IMG/VR virus record: IMGVR_UViG_3300045988_158607
DNA: 58,283 nt
Source: a virus
Strand: one strand, 5' to 3'
The position numbers and the translations under genes were made by a program. This document shows, piece after piece, positions 26,010 through 34,185 of this stretch (position 1 is its first letter; each line of letters starts with the position of its first letter). Under the pieces are notes generated by a model. That model had not been told where the DNA came from and ran no database searches. It saw only the letters and a list, made by a program, of their open reading frames with translations.

Positions 26010-26895
26010 TTTAGTATCTTTTCAAAAAGACATTCGAACAAATAACATGAAGCCATTCTATATCCTATACGGAGAAGAAATTGGACTTATGAATGTATAT
26101 CTCAATCAAATGGGAAATGTAGTTCGAGAAGTATCGGTTTCAACGGTCTGGAAGACCCTTACTCAAAAAGGTCTTGTTTCAAATCGTCGAATATTTGCTG
26201 TTCGAGACGACAAAGAATTTTTAGCAAATGAAGCCAGATGGAAACGACTTCCTGATGTTCGATATGGGACACTTGTTTTGATGGTCACGAAAATTGACAA
26301 GCGCAGCAAGTTGCTAAAAGCATTTCCTGAAAATTGTGTCGAGTTCGAAAAAATGACTGACGTCCAGCTGAAGAGACATTTCGTTTCGAAATATTCAAAT
26401 CTCGGTAACGATGTCATCGAAATGGTTATTCAGTTCTGTCTAAATGATTATTCAAGAATTGACAACGAGCTTGATAAATTGTCGAGACTAGGCAAGGTTG
26501 ACGCAGCAATGGTTGAAGCCATTGTTAAGCACAAGACTGAAATCGATATTTTTAGTGTTGTTGACGATGTACTTGAATATAGACCTGAGCAGGCAATTAT
26601 GAAAGTCAATGAACTTTTAGCAAGGGGAGAAAGTCCTATTGGGTTACTTACTTTGCTCTATCAAAATTTCAATAATGCCTGCCTAGTTTTGGGCGCAGAC
26701 GAGCCTAAAGAGTCGAACTTGGGAATTAAGCAATTCTTAATCAATAAGATTGTCTATAATTTTCAATACAACCTTGACTCAGCTTTCGAAGGGATGAACA
26801 TTTTAGGGCAAGCGATTGAAGGAATTAAGAATGGTCGATATACTGAAAGCTCAGCTGTATTCATTTCTTTATATAAAATTTTTTCACTTGCTTAA
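26002..26895 (+). CDS. Clamp-loader subunit, delta (HolA)-like
   Basis: FYILYGEE..L is typical of the HolA N-terminus. I chose the TTG at 26002, 9 nt after AGGAGG; ATG 26047 is the alternative. Confidence 0.55.
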   Translation: MSDLVSFQKDIRTNNMKPFYILYGEEIGLMNVYLNQMGNVVREVSVSTVWKTLTQKGLVSNRRIFAVRDDKEFLANEARWKRLPDVRYGTLVLMVTKIDKRSKLLKAFPENCVEFEKMTDVQLKRHFVSKYSNLGNDVIEMVIQFCLNDYSRIDNELDKLSRLGKVDAAMVEAIVKHKTEIDIFSVVDDVLEYRPEQAIMKVNELLARGESPIGLLTLLYQNFNNACLVLGADEPKESNLGIKQFLINKIVYNFQYNLDSAFEGMNILGQAIEGIKNGRYTESSAVFISLYKIFSLA

Positions 26896-26921
26896 CAAAT
26901 GAGCCGAATCTTGTGTATATT
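26892..26921 (+). promoter_or_regulatory. Class II promoter: TTAACA-18 nt-(GTG)TATATT
   Basis: ttaaca 26892-26897, ttgtgtatatt ending at 26921. Confidence 0.65.
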
Positions 26922-26948
26922 ATAGTATAGACAAAAGGAGGACAGCCT

Positions 26949-27092
26949 ATGGAAAAAGTTGCGGTGACTAGCCCGCAGAAAGTAAGAGTCGTTATGGTCG
27001 GGAATATTGAATTTCTCGAATACTTGAAACAGAAGTACGGAACAGATACTTCAATTAGTCATATTATAGAAAATGAAAGGGGTCTACTATGA
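26949..27092 (+). CDS. Unlisted small ORF (47 aa), MEKVAVTSPQKVRVVMVGNIEFLEYLKQKYGTDTSISHIIENERGLL
   Basis: AAAGGAGG RBS 7 nt upstream. Its stop overlaps the next ATG (ATGA), suggesting translational coupling. Below the ORF-track length cutoff. Confidence 0.45.
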   Translation: MEKVAVTSPQKVRVVMVGNIEFLEYLKQKYGTDTSISHIIENERGLL

Positions 27093-28303
27093 CAGACTTT
27101 AAAAACCGCTTTAAGAAAGCAGTAAAAGAAACAATTCAACGTGATGGAATCGATAACCTTATGGAATGGCTTGAAAATGAAACTAACTTCTTTACAAGCC
27201 CTGCAAGCACTCGATATCACGGCAGCTATGAGGGAGGACTTGTTGAGCACTCATTAAATGTATTCAACCAGATGCTCTTCGAACTCGACACCGTGGTTGG
27301 TAAAGGTTGGGAAGACCTATACCCGATGGAATCTGTTGCTGTTGTAGCACTATTCCACGACCTTTGCAAAATTGGTCAGTATCGTGAAACTGAAAAATGG
27401 CGCAAGAACAGTGATGGAGAATGGGAGAGCTATTTAGCATATGAGTATGACCCAGAACAGCTCACGATGGGACATGGTGCAAAATCAAACTACTTCCTTC
27501 AACGTTTCATCCATCTTACTACAATGGAAGCGCAAGCAATCTTCTGGCACATGGGGGCATATGACATCAGTCCTTATGCTAACTTGAGTGGATGTGGGGC
27601 AGCCTTTGAAACTAATCCTCTTGCATTCCTAATTCATCGCGCAGACATGGCAGCGACTTACGTTGTTGAAAATGAGAATTTCGAATACGCTCAAACAGGT
27701 GTAGACCCTGAAGTCGAAGAACCTGAAATTGTAGACGAAGAGCCTGAAGTGGTTGAAGAACCTAAGAAGGAAGAGCCGAAAGCTGGAATTACTCGACGTC
27801 GAAAAGCTGCGCCGAAAGAAGAGGCGAAAGAGGAGCCTAAAGAAGAGAAACCTAAAAAGTCATCTAAAATCCGTATGCCTAAAAAAGCCAAAGATGTCGA
27901 AAAGGTTGAAAGCCACGATGAGCCAGAACCTGAAAGCGACGAAGCTGATGACAATGTTGTAGCACCTTCTGGACACGTTCGAGATATTTACTTCTTCTAT
28001 AGTGAAGTTGCAGATATTTATTATAAGAAGACTGAAAATGAGCCGGACGATGATAGCGACATTTTGGTTGACGAAGAAGAATACCTGAATGCAATGTGCC
28101 CAATTTTAGAAGAAGACTTCTTCTACGAACTTGAAGGCAAGGTTTACAAGCTAGCGAAAGGCGAACGCTTGCCTGAAGAATACGATGAAGAAACTTGGGA
28201 GCCCATTACAGAAGCTGAGTACATCAAACGGACGCAAAAGCCTAAAGCAGTTGCAAAACCAACTCGAAAAACTCCAGCACCTTCTCGTCGCCCTCGCCCT
28301 TAA
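27089..28303 (+). CDS. HD-domain phosphohydrolase with a long charged low-complexity linker and an extra C-terminal region
   Basis: H..(x)..LFHDLCK HD motif in the N-terminal ~200 aa. Residues ~205-290 are E/P/K repeats. Confidence 0.75.
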   Translation: MTDFKNRFKKAVKETIQRDGIDNLMEWLENETNFFTSPASTRYHGSYEGGLVEHSLNVFNQMLFELDTVVGKGWEDLYPMESVAVVALFHDLCKIGQYRETEKWRKNSDGEWESYLAYEYDPEQLTMGHGAKSNYFLQRFIHLTTMEAQAIFWHMGAYDISPYANLSGCGAAFETNPLAFLIHRADMAATYVVENENFEYAQTGVDPEVEEPEIVDEEPEVVEEPKKEEPKAGITRRRKAAPKEEAKEEPKEEKPKKSSKIRMPKKAKDVEKVESHDEPEPESDEADDNVVAPSGHVRDIYFFYSEVADIYYKKTENEPDDDSDILVDEEEYLNAMCPILEEDFFYELEGKVYKLAKGERLPEEYDEETWEPITEAEYIKRTQKPKAVAKPTRKTPAPSRRPRP

Positions 28304-28321
28304 TAAGAAAGGAATCTTGAA

Positions 28322-28699
28322 ATGTGCGAAAAATGTGAAAATGAAAAATTCAATGCTCGAATTTACAATGAAGATGAAAGTGCCTATGTAGACACTTCAT
28401 TCACATTGAAAGAACTTCGACAAACGGCAGCAGCTATTAGCAATCTAGCTGTTGAAAGGCAAGACCGTCAAGGTTTACTTGTCGCGTCATGTATGGCACT
28501 ATCTGCTTCTCGTATTGAAGAATTAAGTAAAGACCTTACGATTTCACGCGCGCGACTTGACGCCTTTCGTGAAGCTGTTCAACAGGCATGTGAAAATGAA
28601 AAGCCTGAAGACTTGAAAGGTAAAATCTTGAATTTCCTTGAAGCCGATGAAAAGGTTAGCAGCCTTGCAAAACAGTTGCTTGAGTTAGGAGTGTTATAA
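28322..28699 (+). CDS. Hypothetical protein
   Basis: 125 aa with GAAAGGAA RBS-like purines upstream. Confidence 0.55.
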   Translation: MCEKCENEKFNARIYNEDESAYVDTSFTLKELRQTAAAISNLAVERQDRQGLLVASCMALSASRIEELSKDLTISRARLDAFREAVQQACENEKPEDLKGKILNFLEADEKVSSLAKQLLELGVL

Positions 28700-28983
28700 T
28701 GGAACGGATAAAGACGCTATTTAACGTCATCTATAATAATGGCACTCATTTAGAAGTAGCAGCTTTATTCGACACTATTGAAGATTATGACGATGTCATT
28801 GCAGCGATTGAGGGTTATATTGATAACCCTCAAATTTATACTGCAAGATGTCTTAAATTAAAACCCTATAATCCTGATATCAATAGTGTCGCTCTCGCTA
28901 CTGACATTATAATCAAGCTGGATGATATTATTTATGTCGACGCTACTTGTGAGATAATTAAGTATGAGGAGCCTATTGCATGA
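28699..28983 (+). CDS. Hypothetical protein
   Basis: TAATG overlap with the upstream ORF. 94 aa. Confidence 0.55.
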   Translation: MERIKTLFNVIYNNGTHLEVAALFDTIEDYDDVIAAIEGYIDNPQIYTARCLKLKPYNPDINSVALATDIIIKLDDIIYVDATCEIIKYEEPIA

Positions 28984-29375
28984 ATAACCAACGAAAGCAA
29001 ATGAATAAAAGAATTGTCGAACTTCGTGAAGATTATCAACGTGCAAGAGCTCGAATAAATTTCCTGCTCGCTGTAAAGGATAACGGAGAAGAGCTAGACA
29101 ACCTTGAAGCCTTTGTAGGATACATTGATAACCTTGTGGAATGTTTTCCTGAAAGCCAAAGAAAGGTCTTGAGCCTATGCGTATTAGATGACATCCCTAT
29201 CACTAATGCAGCAGTTGAAATTGGATATCACTATACATGGGTGCACCAACTTCGTGACAAAGCAGTTGAAACACTTGAAGAAATTTTAGATGGAAAGAAC
29301 ATTATTCGTTCTAAGCACGGACTTGAAATAAAGGAGAAACTTGATGAACTTTATGGTAAAAATCATGCTGGTTAG
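28980..29375 (+). CDS. Sigma-70 region-4-like / ArpU-like putative late transcriptional regulator
   Basis: SQRKVLSLCVLDDIPITNAAVEIGYHYTWVHQLRDKAVETL resembles a region-4 HTH. ATGA overlap upstream. Confidence 0.5.
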   Translation: MNNQRKQMNKRIVELREDYQRARARINFLLAVKDNGEELDNLEAFVGYIDNLVECFPESQRKVLSLCVLDDIPITNAAVEIGYHYTWVHQLRDKAVETLEEILDGKNIIRSKHGLEIKEKLDELYGKNHAG

Positions 29376-29535
29376 CGTGTTCGTACTATCTGCTTTTTGC
29401 ATGACATGCGCCATGATATATCTGGTTGTAGGAAAGCAGGAAGATGGACGTAGTCCGCTATCGCTGTTTCTCGGCGCTGTCGTAAGCTGTGTTGCGTTTT
29501 ATACGACCCTCGCTGTCCTTGCCTACCTGCCATGA
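29341..29535 (+). CDS. Small two-TM membrane protein in a locally GC-richer segment
   Basis: VSVFVLSAFCMTCAMIYLVV and LSLFLGAVVSCVAFYTTLAVLAYL. Start ambiguous (29341, 29353 or 29365). Confidence 0.45.
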   Translation: MMNFMVKIMLVSVFVLSAFCMTCAMIYLVVGKQEDGRSPLSLFLGAVVSCVAFYTTLAVLAYLP

Positions 29536-29888
29536 AACAGGGGGCGAATAAGCCAATTCCCACGCGCAGAGTAAGTGCTAAACAAGAGAAGGCAGTTGCT
29601 AAGCAGTTGGGAGGCAGGGTACAGCCAAATTCAGGGGCGACGGACTACTATAAAGGTGACGTCGTTACTGACTCAATGCTTATTGAATGTAAGACTGTTA
29701 TGAAACCGCAGAACTCAATAAGCCTCAAAAAGGAATGGTTTCTAAAAAATGAACAAGAAAGGTTCGCTCAAAAACTTGACCACTCTGCTATCGTGTTCGA
29801 TTTTGGTGACGGAGGCGAACAATATATAGCGATGTCAATTAGTCAATTTAAGCGAATATTAGATGACCGAGATGATAACATTATTTGA
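29532..29888 (+). CDS. PD-(D/E)XK-fold nuclease (Hjc/resolvase-like)
   Basis: GGRVQPNSGA...KGDVV....LIECKT gives a D-x(n)-E-x-K arrangement. ATGA overlap upstream. Confidence 0.5.
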   Translation: MKQGANKPIPTRRVSAKQEKAVAKQLGGRVQPNSGATDYYKGDVVTDSMLIECKTVMKPQNSISLKKEWFLKNEQERFAQKLDHSAIVFDFGDGGEQYIAMSISQFKRILDDRDDNII

Positions 29889-30177
29889 AGTAGAGGATAA
29901 TGGAGACTTAACAATATCTTCTAAAACAGCCATGCAGCTTCATGCAGACCTTATTCCTATACAGGAGAAGGATATTCAATTTGTGGACATAACAGGGCTC
30001 GACCCTATTGTTCGTGAAAACGTACTTGAGCTCATTGCTCGAAGCCGAGTGGGAGTTGCTAAGTACGGCACAAACCTCGAGCAAAATAATGTAGACGACT
30101 TCCTTCAACACGCAAAGGAAGAGGCGCTTGACCTTGCTAATTATTTAACCAAGCTTCAACATCAAAGGGGAAAATAA
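29863..30177 (+). CDS. Hypothetical protein (possibly an all-alpha MazG-like NTP pyrophosphohydrolase fold; weak)
   Basis: VAKYG....N..DF..H..EE.LD..NYL pattern. Last rightward gene before the convergent terminator. Confidence 0.45.
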   Translation: MTEMITLFEVEDNGDLTISSKTAMQLHADLIPIQEKDIQFVDITGLDPIVRENVLELIARSRVGVAKYGTNLEQNNVDDFLQHAKEEALDLANYLTKLQHQRGK

Positions 30178-30201
30178 AAAGACCTATATTCTAGGTCTTT
30201 T
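30177..30201. terminator. Bidirectional rho-independent terminator between convergent transcription units
   Basis: aaaagaccta-tattc-taggtctttt, with A and T runs on both sides. Confidence 0.8.
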
Positions 30202-30619
30202 AACTTTGCAAAAAATTGAGCTCGTCTTCGTATGCTAAAATCTGTCCATATTGATAGTGAATGGCTGCCTCTATGTCAGGCATTTCATGAACTCCTTTTT
30301 TGAGCTCATCAATAGTACAGTTGCAATGACCAATTCTTGATTGAAGCTCTTGAATTCGGTCTAGTTTCTTTTGTTGAAGTTGGTCTAATCCAATTTCGGC
30401 GACGGGGGTAAATGATTTGGCAATTTCATTAACAGCCTGAAAGAAGTCTGTTACAGAAACTCCTTTATAGGAGAGCTCATTTCTTGTATAGCATGATAAC
30501 ATTGAATTGAATCCGGTCATTTGGATTTGCTGGTTAGTTGAGTTTCGATAAGCTATATAATTCAAAATGTCTTTATAATCAATTTCAGCTTCTGTATGGT
30601 TGTTGATATATATTTTCAT
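30200..30619 (-). CDS. Hypothetical protein (139 aa from MKIYINNH)
   Basis: I chose the ATG at 30619 with a GGAGGG RBS 11 nt upstream. The longer track ORF would overlap the upstream gene. Confidence 0.55.
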   Translation of the reverse strand: MKIYINNHTEAEIDYKDILNYIAYRNSTNQQIQMTGFNSMLSCYTRNELSYKGVSVTDFFQAVNEIAKSFTPVAEIGLDQLQQKKLDRIQELQSRIGHCNCTIDELKKGVHEMPDIEAAIHYQYGQILAYEDELNFLQS

Positions 30620-30623
30620 GAGC

Positions 30624-30851
30624 TTACATTCCCTCCAAATCTGGGTCATCGTCGTCATAATTGTAGCAAGCTATCACTTCAAGCCATTCGTCAATTTCGC
30701 CTTCATTTCGAACCTTTGTAGAAATGACCTGCATATCCGCTACTTCTTCGAAAGCTTCATTGGGAGCAATTCCTTCCCATTCTAAATCGTCGTAGTCGAA
30801 AATAGTTACAAGACGTCCGTCAAATACTACTGTTTCTCTTACTGTTGCCAT
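30624..30851 (-). CDS. Hypothetical acidic protein (75 aa from MATVRE)
   Basis: ATG at 30851 preceded by AAGGGGGA. Confidence 0.55.
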   Translation of the reverse strand: MATVRETVVFDGRLVTIFDYDDLEWEGIAPNEAFEEVADMQVISTKVRNEGEIDEWLEVIACYNYDDDDPDLEGM

Positions 30852-30865
30852 CTTAATTTCCCCCT

Positions 30866-31213
30866 TTAAATAGTTTCGAATGTTTGATAATATGCTTGGC
30901 TGTCGCATTGTGAAATGCTGGTTTGCACATCTTTGGGGTCCATGTTACGAAATACATTAGACCAATCGAAGTCGCCTAACAAGAAGTCAGCTTCTTCATC
31001 TAAGTCATCTTCGCGTAACTTGTTATATTGAGCTTTAAACTCTTCGAGTTCTTTACTTGAATCAGCCAAGTAACCGAATAGACGGTCTTCTAAATCCCAA
31101 TAAGCTGGAATGATGTCTAGGTCAATTAGCTTTTCCATAAGGTCAATCATTGACTCAGCTTCTACTTCTTTTCTCCATGTGCCTGAAGTTGATTTTCCTG
31201 TCCATTTAATCAT
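30866..31213 (-). CDS. Hypothetical acidic protein (115 aa)
   Basis: AAGGAGGAAACTAAAATG RBS and start context. Confidence 0.6.
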   Translation of the reverse strand: MIKWTGKSTSGTWRKEVEAESMIDLMEKLIDLDIIPAYWDLEDRLFGYLADSSKELEEFKAQYNKLREDDLDEEADFLLGDFDWSNVFRNMDPKDVQTSISQCDSQAYYQTFETI

Positions 31214-31227
31214 TTTAGTTTCCTCCT

Positions 31228-31419
31228 TTATGCGATGAATAGTTTGATAATTTGAGATTCGATGTTACCATAATCAATGAACTTAACTTGGTCGACTAAT
31301 TCTTCCATGTATTCGCCCATGTCTTCGATTCTTCCATCTTGAACCATTTGACCATTTTTAATAATTTCGTACCACCATTCGTCTCCAAATTGTTTGATTG
31401 CTTGTTTAACTGTTTTCAT
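31228..31419 (-). CDS. Small hypothetical early protein (63 aa from MKTVKQ)
   Basis: ATG at 31419 after AAGGAG. The longer track ORF from 31488 would translate the promoter. Confidence 0.6.
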   Translation of the reverse strand: MKTVKQAIKQFGDEWWYEIIKNGQMVQDGRIEDMGEYMEELVDQVKFIDYGNIESQIIKLFIA

Positions 31420-31455
31420 GGTTATTAACTCCTTTTTGTTTTTCTTTATGGTTAT

Positions 31456-31484
31456 ATTATACGATAATGAACGAATAAAGTCAA
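31456..31484 (-). promoter_or_regulatory. Class I (early) promoter copy 4 (leftward): TTGACT-17 nt-TATAAT
   Basis: On the plus strand, attata is at 31456-31461 and agtcaa at 31479-31484. Confidence 0.8.
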
Positions 31485-31529
31485 GCACTTTTGTGCAAAA
31501 AGTTGAAGTTTTTTTAATTTTTTTTTTCG

Positions 31530-31560
31530 AAAAAAAAATAACGAGCCGGAGCTTCGTTAT
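31530..31560 (-). terminator. Rho-independent terminator (leftward) preceding early promoter 4
   Basis: ataacgagc-cgga-gcttcgttat hairpin overlapping the stop of 31557-32309, followed on the minus strand by a T8 run. Confidence 0.7.
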
Positions 31561-32309
31561 TTATTCATCTTTTCAATTGCTTGTTGAATAGCTTCATAAC
31601 CTTTTCGACGTGCAATTTTTCCTACTTTAGAACCTTTCGAAAAGTCCCATACTTCTCCATCAACTTCGAATCCATTATCTTTAGCATGACCAAGAATTGA
31701 TTCAATTGCCGTTTGCCATTTTCTCCAGTTCTTTGAAAACTCTCCAATAGTTGCGCACTGAAGAACTATCGTTCTAGTATGTTGAGTAGACATGATAAAC
31801 TCGCTAAAATTGTCCAGCGTTATAGCAACATCTTTTGGAAATTCATAAGGCTCATTGACATCGTATTTGAAAAGGCTGACAATTTCGCTGTCATTAAATA
31901 ATTCTCCTTCCCTATACATAATGCCGGGCACAATTTCATCGGGCTCTGCGCCATTGTCTAACACGTCTCCAACCGTGTGACAATATGCTTTAAGCACTGC
32001 AAAGAAACCTGGAGCGTCTGCGCGTGCCACTTGAAGCTCTTTCACGGTCATCCATGGTTGAGGCTTCTTACAAACAATTCGAATTCCCTCAGTATAGCTC
32101 TTATCAGGGTCAATAGTTCCTAACATTGTAAGCCTATTCTTATTCATATATAGGTCAAAATAAACCTGAAATTCATCAGTATTTGGAAGCCATTTGACAG
32201 TAACTTTTCGATACTGAATCATTTTGACATTGACCTTTGTAGATAAGTTTCGAGGAATTAACATCCTTCTTTTAGCATTAACCTTTTTTCTTTTCTTACT
32301 CTTTGCCAT
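31557..32309 (-). CDS. Hypothetical protein with a basic N-terminus (250 aa)
   Basis: ATG at 32309 shares a TAATG overlap with the upstream gene. GGAG lies 7 nt upstream. Confidence 0.6.
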   Translation of the reverse strand: MAKSKKRKKVNAKRRMLIPRNLSTKVNVKMIQYRKVTVKWLPNTDEFQVYFDLYMNKNRLTMLGTIDPDKSYTEGIRIVCKKPQPWMTVKELQVARADAPGFFAVLKAYCHTVGDVLDNGAEPDEIVPGIMYREGELFNDSEIVSLFKYDVNEPYEFPKDVAITLDNFSEFIMSTQHTRTIVLQCATIGEFSKNWRKWQTAIESILGHAKDNGFEVDGEVWDFSKGSKVGKIARRKGYEAIQQAIEKMNK

Positions 32310-32680
32310 TAGTATCTCCATTTTTGCTGGTCATATTTTTTCGCTCTATTTCTTTCAGCTTCTTCTCTTGTTGAAATAGTTTCGAGAATATGGCGATTCA
32401 TGTGCTGGCAATATTCAGCTAAAGACCGTCCAGTTATGGTCGCGTCAATTAAATACTTGCCTATCAACTCTTTGCCATAAAATATGAAATCGTCCTTGTA
32501 AATGAGCTTCTTATAGAATCCATTTCCTGCGCGTGTTTCAATTTTCACTAGGCTCATTTTAATCCAAACTCGAAGACGATAAGGAGTGCCAGGCACCTCA
32601 AAAAGGAGCCTGCGTTTCTCATCGTCTACTTGTTTGATACATGAGTTTTGAAAATGAAGTACTTTCCATTCATCTTTCAT
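32309..32680 (-). CDS. Hypothetical protein (123 aa)
   Basis: ORF in the leftward early block with a GAGGCGAA purine-rich RBS region. Confidence 0.55.
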   Translation of the reverse strand: MKDEWKVLHFQNSCIKQVDDEKRRLLFEVPGTPYRLRVWIKMSLVKIETRAGNGFYKKLIYKDDFIFYGKELIGKYLIDATITGRSLAEYCQHMNRHILETISTREEAERNRAKKYDQQKWRY

Positions 32681-32689
32681 TTGTTCGCC

Positions 32690-32962
32690 TCATTCCATAT
32701 AGCCGTCAATAATCCAAAGTTGAAAAGGCTTATCTTCTCTATAAGGGCGCGACAATTTTAGTCCCGTTCCCACTACATTTGAAAGCGCAACTAGGTCATC
32801 TAGGCTGTCTAGCTCGAGCTCAATTACAGGGTTGCCCGTATCAACCTCGCAAAAGTAAGAAACCTTTCCCACCTTTTCCAGCTGTTCTCGATACTTATCA
32901 TAGGTCGCCTCTTCATCAAATAGCCTTGCAGAAAAAACTTCAAATCGCATTCTATTCACCAC
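32690..32962 (-). CDS. Hypothetical protein (90 aa)
   Basis: ORF in the leftward early block. Overlaps the upstream gene by 11 nt. Confidence 0.55.
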   Translation of the reverse strand: MVNRMRFEVFSARLFDEEATYDKYREQLEKVGKVSYFCEVDTGNPVIELELDSLDDLVALSNVVGTGLKLSRPYREDKPFQLWIIDGYME

Positions 32963-33617
32963 TTTCCAAAATCTCTTCAGGCATTATCTTTGCATGTTCA
33001 CCGTGAAACTGCCCTTCCTTATATGCCTCCAAATTGAAGTCATGGTCCGGTCTTTCAAGTGCTTCGGTCTGTAAATTTCGAAAAGCGTCTTTGAGCGCAT
33101 TTTTAGTCTTCTCGCTAGGCAAAATCATAAGTGAGTATTCTTCAACCTGCTTTTTAAATCGCTTGTCTAACGCTATTAAAAAGCCCTTGAGATATGAATT
33201 CTTGTAAGAAGGTTCGCGAGTAGGAAGTCTATCCAATCTATAACGAAGGTACATCAATGCAGCTTCGAATACTTTAGACACCAATTCAGCGTCTTGTTTT
33301 TCGCCGAAGAAAATTATTCGACTTTTATTCAAAACTCTATCACGCTGATTGATACAAAAACATCTAAAATTAGTAGCAAGAATATGACCAAGGTCACGTT
33401 CCCACCAAAAAATTCGACCTGCTTCCTTCCCAACAGCTTGAGAAGTTTCGAACTTTTCAGGCTCTTCAAATTGCTCAACCTGAGCAAGTGCGATATTATT
33501 TTTTAGCATCAACTTTTGAGCCATAAGAAGGGCAGTTTGCCCCTCTTCATCACTCGGGTTATCATTTGCTAATTGAATTAGATTTTTAATTTTTTCGATA
33601 ATCTTTTCGTTATTCAT
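32952..33617 (-). CDS. DUF2786-domain protein
   Basis: N-terminal IEKIKNLIQLANDNPSDEEGQTALLMAQKLMLKNNI matches the DUF2786 signature (K...LL.LA......E...AL..A..LM). Confidence 0.65.
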   Translation of the reverse strand: MNNEKIIEKIKNLIQLANDNPSDEEGQTALLMAQKLMLKNNIALAQVEQFEEPEKFETSQAVGKEAGRIFWWERDLGHILATNFRCFCINQRDRVLNKSRIIFFGEKQDAELVSKVFEAALMYLRYRLDRLPTREPSYKNSYLKGFLIALDKRFKKQVEEYSLMILPSEKTKNALKDAFRNLQTEALERPDHDFNLEAYKEGQFHGEHAKIMPEEILESGE

Positions 33618-33622
33618 ATCAG

Positions 33623-33940
33623 TTACTTTCTATCATATTTTTTAGCTTTCGAAAAGTCAATTTCTTCAACGGGAATTGACTTATCATAAGTCCATGCGCG
33701 ACAAGTGTCGAAATGAAATAGGCTACAAAACATCGATTCATTATGGTCGAAACTCTCAGTACATTTTTCAATATCTACTTCAAGTTCGAGAACTACAATA
33801 GTATCAATATTTCGAAGCGATAAAAAGGCTAGAGCCTTTTCATAACTTTCGGCTAGGTAGATAACTCCAGCTGAAGGCTTCAAGCCATCAGCTAGAATTT
33901 TACCTAAATTATCATAATCGGTTGCGTGATATAATTTCAT
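33623..33940 (-). CDS. Small protein resembling the NAD-binding (ART-fold) lobe of Tpt1/KptA-type transferases (tentative)
   Basis: MKLYHATDYDNLGKILADGLKPSAGVIYLAESYEKA aligns by eye with E. coli KptA [35 protein letters not shown]. Confidence 0.35.
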   Translation of the reverse strand: MKLYHATDYDNLGKILADGLKPSAGVIYLAESYEKALAFLSLRNIDTIVVLELEVDIEKCTESFDHNESMFCSLFHFDTCRAWTYDKSIPVEEIDFSKAKKYDRK

Positions 33941-33945
33941 TTTTA

Positions 33946-34185
33946 TTATTCATCTCCTCTGCAATCTGGATGAACATTCTTTAAAGGAACTTTCTTGTCC
34001 AAAAAGATTTCAAGTGGCTCACCGTCCCATTGTTCAGTAGTTGTGACATTATAATTCATCAATTTTTGAAGCCATTCGTCATCCATATCAAGTTCACCAT
34101 CATAGCAGATGTTGCAGTTGTTGTCGCTTACCACGATTTCAGTTCCTGGTTCCATTGTTGAAAGAAATTGTTTTAATGTTTGCAT
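33946..34185 (-). CDS. Small hypothetical early protein (79 aa)
   Basis: First ORF after leftward early promoter 5. AAAGAGG RBS. Confidence 0.6.
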   Translation of the reverse strand: MQTLKQFLSTMEPGTEIVVSDNNCNICYDGELDMDDEWLQKLMNYNVTTTEQWDGEPLEIFLDKKVPLKNVHPDCRGDE

